From positions 960,001 to 992,000 of the forward strand of contig CP065016.1 of NCBI GenBank assembly GCA_016700375.1: 32,000 nucleotides of DNA, read 5' to 3'. Position 1 is the first letter of the stretch. Each line of letters starts with the position of its first letter. This stretch comes from Candidatus Saccharimonadota bacterium (GTDB lineage: Bacteria; Patescibacteriota; Saccharimonadia; Saccharimonadales; UBA4665). The position numbers and the translations under genes are program-made. Below the pieces are notes generated by a model. The model had not been told where the DNA came from, searched no databases, and worked only from the letters and a program-made list of their open reading frames with translations. Below are positions 23,246 to 31,800 of the stretch, piece after piece.

Positions 23246-24967
23246 ATGAATCGTCTTAAACGAGTTATTTCGGGCACAAGTGCGGCAGTGCTCTCACTGT
23301 CATCGCTGCTCACCCTCGGTTTCACCGGCGTCGCCCACGCCGCAGTACAAACCTGTACATGGACTGGCACAGCCGGCGACAACAAATTCAGTACGGCCAC
23401 AAATTGGTCGGGCTGCGGCGGAGGCGCCCCGCTGGCGGGGGATATCATTCGCTTTGATCAAATGCAAGCTTCAAACGTTGCGTTAACCAATGACTTGAAT
23501 GTTGACTTGGGTGGACTTGTATCTGTCGTGGTTCCTCGGGGTAGTAACTTCTCTGGCTACACCGTTGACAAACTAGCTTTTGTTGCTGGGGCGGCAATTA
23601 CGATGGAGAAAGCATCGACCTGCAGCGTAAGCATTCCATCAGTCAGCCCGACATCTGTTACCGGAGCAGGTGACCTGAGTATGTATGGCGAGGCACTTGG
23701 CTGGGCACCGTACAAGCTAGTTACTCCAGGGAAATTGACCATAAGCAGTATGTACGGAAATGCCATTTCATCTTTCGCTAGCGGAAGCTCGGCTGGGAGC
23801 GTGACAGTGGCAAGTCCACTTGGTTGGGAAGGTATAACTACCGCGACCGGATGCCAGTCAGGTGGGATTGGCTCTAGCGGTGTGGGTGTCGTAAATAACG
23901 ACTTGAACAACATGACATATGGCTCTGTAACCGTGGAAAACGGAGCTACAATGAGCCTTACTGACTACTCAAAACCCATGACGTTTGGAGGCGGTAGTGC
24001 TACGGATAATCCTAGCGTCAGCTTTAGTCCAGATACGGATCCAGATACATCCGCTGCCCTCGCCTCAAACAGAACGTGGTCGAGTGCAGTGACACTGCTT
24101 TCTGATACCGAAGTTTATGTGGGTGGTAAAGTTGCAGTTAGCTTCACCGGAACCATCACCGGTGCTGGGAAGTCACTCACAAAACTTACAAACTCGACTG
24201 GTACATTCACAAACAACGCTACAAGTAACACATCAGCTACGCCAAGTGGCTCGCAGACAAACCCAGTTAAAGTCACGGCGCTAGACGGCACTACCACTGA
24301 TTATGTAACGGTCGTGTCAAATGAAACAGCGACGCTAAACGGGCAGCGTGTTAGCGTGTATGTTCAACCTGGCGGCACACTAAAGGGCACGGGCACATTA
24401 ACAGAAGGTCTGTCTGTTGCCGAGGGTGGCCGTGTCGCGCCAGGCAATAGTCCAGGTTGTATCTCGGTAGACACACTGAACATACAGGGTGAATACCAGT
24501 TTGAACTTGGCGGCGCAGATCCATGTACTGGCTATGATCAGATAAAAGTCACCAACAAGACAGCAACTTACCCAACTGTTGCTCTCGACCAAAATGGGAC
24601 TTCTACATCAGTGCTTGCAACCACGCGCTTCAATGGTTATACGCCAAAACAAGGCCAAACATTTACCATTATTGACAACCAAGGCACACAAGCCGTACAG
24701 GGCGTATTCAAAGATCTACCTGAGGGTGCAACATTTACGCAAAATGGTGTGGTGTTCAAGATATCGTACAAGGGTGGTGATGGCAACGACGTGGTGTTAA
24801 CTGTACAGAATCAGCCAACAGCTCCAGATACGGGCTTTGCGCTTGTGTCTGCTAACCCACTTCTAACGCTCGGTGCTACCGCTGGTGCGGCACTGCTGCT
24901 ACTTGGCATGGCTCGCAAAACTCGCCCTGCTCATGCCCGCGCGCACACAACTCGCCGACGCAAATAA
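23246..24967 (+). CDS. Secreted surface protein with C-terminal sortase-type sorting signal (APDTG variant)
   Basis: The signal peptide is MNRLKRVISGTSAAVLSLSSLLTLGFTGVAHA. The body is Thr/Ser/Gly-rich and beta-helix-like, with an autotransporter-passenger-like segment (VAPGNSPGCISVDTLNIQG...GGDGNDVVLTV). The C-terminus reads TAPDTG, then a hydrophobic stretch, then a RKTRPAHARAHTTRRRK tail. The ORF-track start at 23171 is probably too far upstream. Confidence 0.7.
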   Translation: MNRLKRVISGTSAAVLSLSSLLTLGFTGVAHAAVQTCTWTGTAGDNKFSTATNWSGCGGGAPLAGDIIRFDQMQASNVALTNDLNVDLGGLVSVVVPRGSNFSGYTVDKLAFVAGAAITMEKASTCSVSIPSVSPTSVTGAGDLSMYGEALGWAPYKLVTPGKLTISSMYGNAISSFASGSSAGSVTVASPLGWEGITTATGCQSGGIGSSGVGVVNNDLNNMTYGSVTVENGATMSLTDYSKPMTFGGGSATDNPSVSFSPDTDPDTSAALASNRTWSSAVTLLSDTEVYVGGKVAVSFTGTITGAGKSLTKLTNSTGTFTNNATSNTSATPSGSQTNPVKVTALDGTTTDYVTVVSNETATLNGQRVSVYVQPGGTLKGTGTLTEGLSVAEGGRVAPGNSPGCISVDTLNIQGEYQFELGGADPCTGYDQIKVTNKTATYPTVALDQNGTSTSVLATTRFNGYTPKQGQTFTIIDNQGTQAVQGVFKDLPEGATFTQNGVVFKISYKGGDGNDVVLTVQNQPTAPDTGFALVSANPLLTLGATAGAALLLLGMARKTRPAHARAHTTRRRK

Positions 24968-24994
24968 ACAACAAAGTACTAAGGATATACTCGC

Positions 24995-25987
24995 ATGTCC
25001 GACGCGCGCTTGACGCTCGACAACCAGGTTTTTGCAGGAACACTACGGTACAAGCGCCGTAGTGTTTCCTATGTGCCGCGACCAGTGCAGTCGCGGACCA
25101 TCCAAGATATTGCTACTGTCCGAAGACAGCCTCTTTCGCCAAAAGCGTCGCACAAAACCTCTGTTAAAACGTCCGCCCCGCGGCAATACATGGACGTTAA
25201 GCCAAAACATATGAGGCATCATGGCGCCCAACCCGCTGCAACAATCCAGCCCCGTCAAGATGTCTACGCCACAAAGCGAGCAAGAGGAAAGAAGCGTCGT
25301 CCGCTAAGGGCGCTCCTGCGAAAACAGACAATAATGTATTTTGCTGCAGCCGTGGTGTTTGGCTTTGGCTTATATGTAAGCTTGGGCGGCTTTATTGCCA
25401 ACAAACAGGTTGCCGTGCAGGTAAAGACACTTCAGAATAAGGCACAAGTAAAGGGCGACGCAACAGGTAGTACTGATGAAACGGTACCGCCTTCGACTGA
25501 AAAACCTTCTGCCGCTACTATTCGGAACTACGCGGTGTCTCCGTTGAGGCCGCGTTATGTTGATATTCCAAAACTGAAAGTCCACGCTCGAGTCTTGCCT
25601 ATGGGTGTTGACCGGAAAAATGAGCTTCAGGCTCCGTATGGTATTTACGACGCGGGCTGGTACAATGGGTCTTCGCAACCAGGTGAAAATGGGGCTATGC
25701 TAATCGATGGGCACTCGGGTATTGGAGCGACGCGCGGTATCTTCCACGACCTAACTAAGCTCAGTGGCGGTGATGATATCTCGGTCAAGCGTGGTGATGG
25801 ACAAGTATTTACCTACAAAGTAGTTGATGTAAAAGTTGTAGACAAAGAGCAGGTTGATATGGGGAGCATGATTGTCTCGGCCGATACTGCGAAGCCGGGG
25901 TTGACGCTGATTACCTGTGCGGGTAGTCAAGTCCCCGGGACATTTTCGCTAAAGCAGCGCGTGCTTGTTCGTGCTGTCATGCAGTAA
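24995..25987 (+). CDS. Sortase (class E/F-like transpeptidase)
   Basis: The catalytic triad contexts LIDGHSG (His), LTLITCAG (Cys) and VLVRAV (Arg) are present. The N-terminal region has one TM helix. An RBS aagga lies 9 nt upstream. Confidence 0.85.
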   Translation: MSDARLTLDNQVFAGTLRYKRRSVSYVPRPVQSRTIQDIATVRRQPLSPKASHKTSVKTSAPRQYMDVKPKHMRHHGAQPAATIQPRQDVYATKRARGKKRRPLRALLRKQTIMYFAAAVVFGFGLYVSLGGFIANKQVAVQVKTLQNKAQVKGDATGSTDETVPPSTEKPSAATIRNYAVSPLRPRYVDIPKLKVHARVLPMGVDRKNELQAPYGIYDAGWYNGSSQPGENGAMLIDGHSGIGATRGIFHDLTKLSGGDDISVKRGDGQVFTYKVVDVKVVDKEQVDMGSMIVSADTAKPGLTLITCAGSQVPGTFSLKQRVLVRAVMQ

Positions 25988-26157
25988 TTGACGTGGTGCA
26001 ATGAACCGGCGTATTATTTAGGGAGGCATCTCAAGGAGTTTTCGGGAGAAGCCACCTATTGTTAATTTTATGTTGAAATTTGGTGGGTTGATACGTCGTA
26101 GCTAGAGAAGTGATAGCGATTGCTGCGTGTAAAGCCCGGCCGAACGAAAGGGAGATC

Positions 26158-27672
26158 ATGGATCCAATTACCATTTTGCTCGCGGTAGCAGGGCTTGGCC
26201 TTGGCTATGGCAGCAGCACATACCTCAGTAAAAAGAAATCTGCCGAGGCAGATGACAAGGCGGCCAAGGAGTTGGCAAAGGCGAAAAAAGAAGCCGACAA
26301 GCTTGTCGATGAAGCACGTGAAGACGCTCGCAAAGTCGCCGACCAGGCGCGCAAAGAAGAACAAACGCGCCGCAACGAACTGAAAGACCTCGAAAACCGA
26401 CTGGTCCAGCGTGAGACGACGCTCGACAAAAAACTCGACGAACTCGACAAGCGCAGTGAAAAACTGCGCACTGGTGAGGACGAAGTAGAGTCGCTCAAAA
26501 ACGAGATTCGTGATATTCGCGTAAAACAGCAGGAAAAGCTTGAGAAGATTGCCAAGCTTAGCAAAGCCGATGCAGCCGAAAAGCTCATGCAGATGACCGA
26601 GCGCGATATCCGCAACGACCTGATGGGTCTTGTTGCCAAGCTACAAAACGAAGCCCGTGACAACGCCGAGGAGTCAGCAGGTCTGCTGCTGGTCACCGCC
26701 ATGGAACGTATGGCGAGTGAGGTAACGGCCGAGCGTACCCTGACGAGCGTGAAGCTAGAAGATGAGGAAATGAAGGGCCGAATTATCGGCAAAGAAGGCC
26801 GCAACATCCAGGCGCTACAGAAGGCAACAGGTGTCGACATAATGGTCGATGACACCCCGGGCTACATTGTCCTTAGTTGTTTTGACCCTGTACGCCGCGA
26901 GGTCGCTCGTCAGGCGCTCGAACTGCTTCTTAAAGACGGCCGGGTTCACCCAGGGCGCATCGAAGAAGTTGTCGAAAAAGCTCAGAAAAACGTTGAAAAA
27001 GACGTTGTCCGCGCCGGTGAAGACGCTGCCCGTGAAGTTGGCGTCATAGGCGTGCCAAAAGAGCTTTTGCATATGCTCGGCGAACTGCGCTTCCGCACCA
27101 GTTACGGCCAAAACGTCCTTAAACATTCCACCGAGATGGCGCACATGGCCGGCATGCTCGCCGAAGAACTCGGTGCTAATGCAACTACTACAAAGTACGC
27201 GACATTGTTTCACGACGTCGGCAAGGCGCTTACCCACAAAATGGAAGGCAAGCACCACCATATATCTGGCGAAATGCTTCGCAAGTATGGTGCGCCAGAA
27301 GAAGTTGCGCTTGCTGCCGAACAACACCATGATGACATGGAGGCGACGAGCCTGGAGGCGGTAATCGTACGTGTATGCGACGCAGTATCTGCCGCCCGAC
27401 CAGGTGCACGCAACATTTCGGCCGAAAACTTTGCCGAGCGCATGAAGGAGCTAGAGAACATTGCCAATGGCTTTAACGGTATAGAGAAATCCTACGCCAT
27501 CAGCGCCGGTCGTGAAGTCCGTGTGTTTGTTAAGCCACAGCAAATTGACGACCTCAGTGCCATCCGTCTTGCTCGCGACATTGCTACCAAAATAGAGAGC
27601 AGCATGAACTACCCAGGCACCATAAAGGTCAACGTCATCCGTGAAACTCGCGCCATCGAATTTGCGAAGTAG
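26158..27672 (+). CDS. rny: Ribonuclease Y
   Basis: It has an N-terminal TM helix, a Lys/Glu-rich coiled coil, a KH domain (GRIIGKEGRNIQALQ) and an HD domain (ATLFHDVGKA...HH). The start is placed at MDPITILL, behind the RBS agggaga. Confidence 0.95.
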   Translation: MDPITILLAVAGLGLGYGSSTYLSKKKSAEADDKAAKELAKAKKEADKLVDEAREDARKVADQARKEEQTRRNELKDLENRLVQRETTLDKKLDELDKRSEKLRTGEDEVESLKNEIRDIRVKQQEKLEKIAKLSKADAAEKLMQMTERDIRNDLMGLVAKLQNEARDNAEESAGLLLVTAMERMASEVTAERTLTSVKLEDEEMKGRIIGKEGRNIQALQKATGVDIMVDDTPGYIVLSCFDPVRREVARQALELLLKDGRVHPGRIEEVVEKAQKNVEKDVVRAGEDAAREVGVIGVPKELLHMLGELRFRTSYGQNVLKHSTEMAHMAGMLAEELGANATTTKYATLFHDVGKALTHKMEGKHHHISGEMLRKYGAPEEVALAAEQHHDDMEATSLEAVIVRVCDAVSAARPGARNISAENFAERMKELENIANGFNGIEKSYAISAGREVRVFVKPQQIDDLSAIRLARDIATKIESSMNYPGTIKVNVIRETRAIEFAK

Positions 27673-27690
27673 GGTATAATAGTAAGCAGT

Positions 27691-28020
27691 ATGAGCGCGA
27701 AATCTGTTGTTCACGACGATTACGTCACAAAGGCCGATCTCGATGTGTTTGGCCAAGATTTGCATGGGAAGATAGTCCATGATATTGCAAGTGTACTCGA
27801 CGCATTTATGGAGCGAGTTGATGAAAGGTTTGATCGACTCGAAGCTCGCGTTGACAAGCTAGAAGAAAATTTTGAGCGCCTCAATAATACGCTTGATGCG
27901 TTCCTAAAACGGCTCGATGATATCGAAACAGACAACCATGCTCGGGACGCTCAAATTGCCCGTATGGAACGTTGGATTGAAAAAATCGCTAAACAAACCG
28001 GCGTCCAACTCGAATATTAG
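27691..28020 (+). CDS. Small coiled-coil protein, function unknown
   Basis: 109-aa ORF with heptad-like content (RFDRLEARVDKLEENFERLNNTLDAFLKRLDDIE). No motif was recognised. Confidence 0.55.
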   Translation: MSAKSVVHDDYVTKADLDVFGQDLHGKIVHDIASVLDAFMERVDERFDRLEARVDKLEENFERLNNTLDAFLKRLDDIETDNHARDAQIARMERWIEKIAKQTGVQLEY

Positions 28021-28023
28021 GAA

Positions 28024-28770
28024 ATGATTGACATACAACACCCGAATGGATTTCATGCTGTCGTGAATGCCGACGGGGCATTTGTGGAGTCGTGGACTAC
28101 TGCAGATGGGATGGACTTGCTGTTCGCTCGGCGGGATATGCCCAGTGGTAAAAACCGCGGTGGTATTCCGCTGTGCGCGCCCATATTTGGACCCGGTGAA
28201 ACGGTTGGGCTTAACCAGCATGGTTTTGCCCGGAATTGCCAGTGGGAAATATCCGACCAAACTGAGTCCCAGGTGAAACTCACCCTTGATAATCCAGCGT
28301 CCCAGGTGGACGGCCTATCGCCTGTCTATGCTGGATGCGGCATGGAGCTGGCCATAAAGCTACTAGAAAATGGCCTGCAAGAAACACTCGAAGTTCGCAA
28401 CATTGGCATAGAGCAATTCACGGCAAACCCGGCGTTTCATCCGTATTTTCCGGTACTTGCTGGCGAAACCGCAGAGCAAGCAAAGGTCGTCATAGATGGA
28501 CAGGCACACCAGCTTGCTGCAGATGAACTTATCGCCACCCGCAAAATTGATAGCATTAGCTCAGAAGCGCAGCTTGTAACAAGCCGTGGCACATGGACAA
28601 TCTCTGGCGGGGGTCTGCCGCTCTTTGCCGTCTGGTCAGAATCGTCACGCGATTTCATCTGTGTAGAGCCAACCGAAAGTGGGTATCTTTCCGACAATCC
28701 AGCGTCTGAAATACAGCCAAATGAAACAAAAACCTTTAGCGTGACAGTACAGTTTTCTCCCGCGGTGTAG
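28024..28770 (+). CDS. Aldose 1-epimerase family protein (D-hexose-6-phosphate mutarotase-like)
   Basis: GGIPLCAPIFGP...HGFARNCQWEI and the later FHPYF and CVEP motifs are typical of the YeaD-type epimerase family. Confidence 0.8.
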   Translation: MIDIQHPNGFHAVVNADGAFVESWTTADGMDLLFARRDMPSGKNRGGIPLCAPIFGPGETVGLNQHGFARNCQWEISDQTESQVKLTLDNPASQVDGLSPVYAGCGMELAIKLLENGLQETLEVRNIGIEQFTANPAFHPYFPVLAGETAEQAKVVIDGQAHQLAADELIATRKIDSISSEAQLVTSRGTWTISGGGLPLFAVWSESSRDFICVEPTESGYLSDNPASEIQPNETKTFSVTVQFSPAV

Positions 28771-28820
28771 CGCACAAATTAGTGAAGTAAATTCTACTAC
28801 ATACTACCTCTGTTTTTTTG

Positions 28821-28848
28821 TTGCAAAAAATAGCCATAAGCGTATAAT
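28821..28848 (+). promoter_or_regulatory. Sigma70-like promoter upstream of the giant repeat gene
   Basis: TTGCAA (28821-28826), a 16-nt spacer, then TATAAT (28843-28848). It lies 44 nt upstream of the ATG at 28892. Confidence 0.45.
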
Positions 28849-28891
28849 TTTTTACAGCGTTTGCTAACACACACATTCACGTAAAACTCGC

Positions 28892-31800
28892 ATGCAAGCA
28901 TATACTCCACCAGATACAAAAGCTACACGCGCCGAATATGGCTGGCGGTATATTTTTACCCGCATGGTACCGACTGCCATCATAGTTTTCTTTATACTGT
29001 TTACGTTTTTCCCAGACTTTGGTAGCCCGGTCTCAAACCTACGTCGGCTTGGGGAGGGTAGTGGGCGGCTTTCTTCAGAGCAACAAAAACAAAGTGCGCT
29101 TACCGTTGCAACCGGCCTTCAGCAGCTACAGGCGAGTGGCCAGCTGGGTTCGTATTTGCAGCTATCGGGTGGTGGCGTAAATGGCCAAACCTTATCTTGG
29201 GATGAACAGCTACATCTCCTGACTATTTCGAATGGCAATACTGTTGACCTTGGCAGCCTTGTAGCGGCTGGAGGGCAGACGCTGACGAAATCTGGCAATA
29301 CACTTGGGCTGGAAGGCAGTACGACCACCGTAGACCTTGCAAGTTACCTCGATAACACCGACGCGCAGACCCTGAGTCTGAACGGCGCAACCCTCACCGT
29401 TTCGGGTGGCAACAGCATAAACCTTGCACCCATTAACACCGATAGTCAAAACCTAAGCCTCAGTGGAACCACGCTAAACATATCTGGTGGCGCAGGCGTA
29501 GATATCGCTAGCATAAACACCGACGTTCTGGCGGGCTTAAGCTGTAGCGTGGGCCAGGTCGTACAGTGGGACGGTAGTGCATGGGGCTGCGCCTCCCCGG
29601 CCGCTAGTTCAGATGCTCAAACTCTCAACCTAGCGGGCAACAACTTAAACATTCTTAATGGCAATAGTGTCTCGCTGGCCGGCTACCTCGACAACACCGA
29701 CAGTCAGGCACTTTCACTTGGTGGCAACACGCTCTCTCTGGTAAATGGCGGTTCGGTTAACTTGGCCGCGTACCTCGACAACACCGATGTTTTGGCAAGT
29801 CTTGCTTGCGGAGTGAACCAAGTTGCAAAATGGAACGGTAGCAACTGGGCCTGTGCGGCAGATAACGACACAACCACCAACGAATCTCAGGTTGACGCAT
29901 GGGTCGCAAACAACGGCTATCTCACTAGCGAAGTCGACGGCAGCACTAGCAATGAGCTGCAAAGCCTCAGCTGGAATGGCGGCACCCATATCCTTACGAT
30001 ATCCAGTGGCAATACCGCCGACCTTGGAAGCCTGCTCGATAACACCGACGCCCAGGCTATCTCTCGCACAGGCAACACTATTTCGATTACCGGTAGTGCA
30101 AGCACGATTGACCTCAGCCCGTACCTGGACAATACCGACGCCCAAGCAATCTCAAGGACCGGTAATACCCTTAGCATTACAGGCAACGCCAGTACTGTCG
30201 ACTTAGCCAGTTACCTGGATAACACAGACGCCCAGACACTTAGCCTCGCTGGCACAACGCTCACGGTATCTGGCGGTAACAGCATTGACCTTGCCCCCAT
30301 AAACACCGACGCCCAGACACTTAGCCTCGCTGGCACAAACCTCTCGGTAAGCGGCGGTAACACAATCAATATTGCGAGCATAAATACCGATGTCCTGGCC
30401 GGTCTCAGCTGCGCAACCAACCAAATTGCCAAGTGGAACGGTAGTGCCTGGGCGTGTGCCGCGGATGTGGACACCGTGCTCAATGAGGCTCAAGTGGATG
30501 CCTACGCAAACAACAACGGCTACCTGACGAGCGAAGTCGACGGCAGTATTACAAACGAAATTCAATCTCTCTCGCTGGTTGCGGATGTCTTGAGTGTGTC
30601 TGGCGGAAATTCCGTGAACCTCGCTTCCTACCTCGACAACACCGACGCACAGACTTTAAGCTGGAACAGTGGTGCTGCCATTTTAACTATTGCCGGAGGT
30701 AATACGGCAAACCTAAGCAGCCTACTCGACAACACCGACGCACAAGCTATATCCAAAACAGGCAACACCTTGAGCATTACGGGTAATGCCAGTACCGTTG
30801 ACCTGAGCGGCTACCTAGACAACACCGACACACTGGCAAGCCTGAGCTGTAGTAATGGCCAGGTCGCGCAGTGGAACGGCAGTGCCTGGGTGTGTGCGAA
30901 TGCCGCGGTCGATACTGACCAGCAAACTCTGTCGCTTGCCAGCAATAATCTAAGTATATCTGGCGGCAATTCGGTTTCGCTCGCCAGCTACCTCGACAAC
31001 ACTGATGCCCAGGCCATCTCGAAAGCGGGTAACGTTCTTTCCATATCTGGTAATGCCAGCACCGTTGATCTTTCGGGCTACCTAGACAACACCGACAGTC
31101 AGGCCCTTTCACTTGGTGGCAACACGCTCTCTCTGGTAAATGGCGGTTCGGTTAACTTGGCAGCTTATCTCGACAACACCGATGTGCTTGCTGGCCTCAG
31201 CTGTTCCAATAACCAAATACCAAAATGGAACGGCAGCGCTTGGACATGTGCCGCCGACGTAGACACGGTGCTCAACGAAGCTCAAGTGGACGCGTACGCT
31301 AACAACAACGGCTACCTCACCAGCGAAGTCGACGGCAGCACGAGTAACGAGCTACAAACGCTTACCTGGAACAGCGGGACGCACATTTTGACTATTAGCA
31401 GCGGCAACACGGCTGACCTTGGAAGTCTGCTCGACAACACCGACGCCCAGGCCATCAGCAAGACGGGTAACACTCTGAGTATCACGGGTAACGCGAGCAC
31501 CGTGGACCTCGCGAGCTACCTCGATAACACAGACTCCCAGACACTTGGCCTCGCTGGTACAACACTTACGGTGTCGGGTGGCAACAGCATTGACCTCGCA
31601 CCTATCAACACCGACAGTCAAAACCTGAGCCTTACGGGGACTACCCTGAATATTTCAGGCGGAACGGGCGTAGATATTGCCAGTATAAACACGGATGTCT
31701 TGGCAGGCCTCAGCTGTAGCACAAACCAAATTGCCAAGTGGAACGGCAGCGCCTGGACCTGCGCGGCAGATGTCGATACGAACACTGATGCTCAAACTCT

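Noticed and set aside
25988-26157. The 170-nt region upstream of rny contains a possible promoter (TTGACG-18 nt-TATTAT, 25988-26017), which would leave a ~130-nt leader. It was considered as a riboswitch or leader element.
   Set aside because: I could find only short, imperfect stems and no resemblance to any riboswitch class I know. It would need covariance-model scanning (Rfam/Infernal) to say more.
26205-26855. A 216-aa Ser/Arg-rich ORF antisense to rny.
   Set aside because: It lies opposite the Lys/Glu-rich coiled-coil region of RNase Y, where GAA/AAG-rich codons read as TTC/CTT on the other strand. Its low-complexity composition marks it as an artefact.
29119-31621. Numerous 60-143-aa ORFs on the minus strand and in off-frames within the repeat region (for example 29714-30145, 30203-30565, 30777-31112).
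   Set aside because: They are mirror images of the repetitive plus-strand coding sequence. They are low-complexity (Arg/Val/Cys-rich) and have no start context. A single uninterrupted plus-strand frame explains the whole region.
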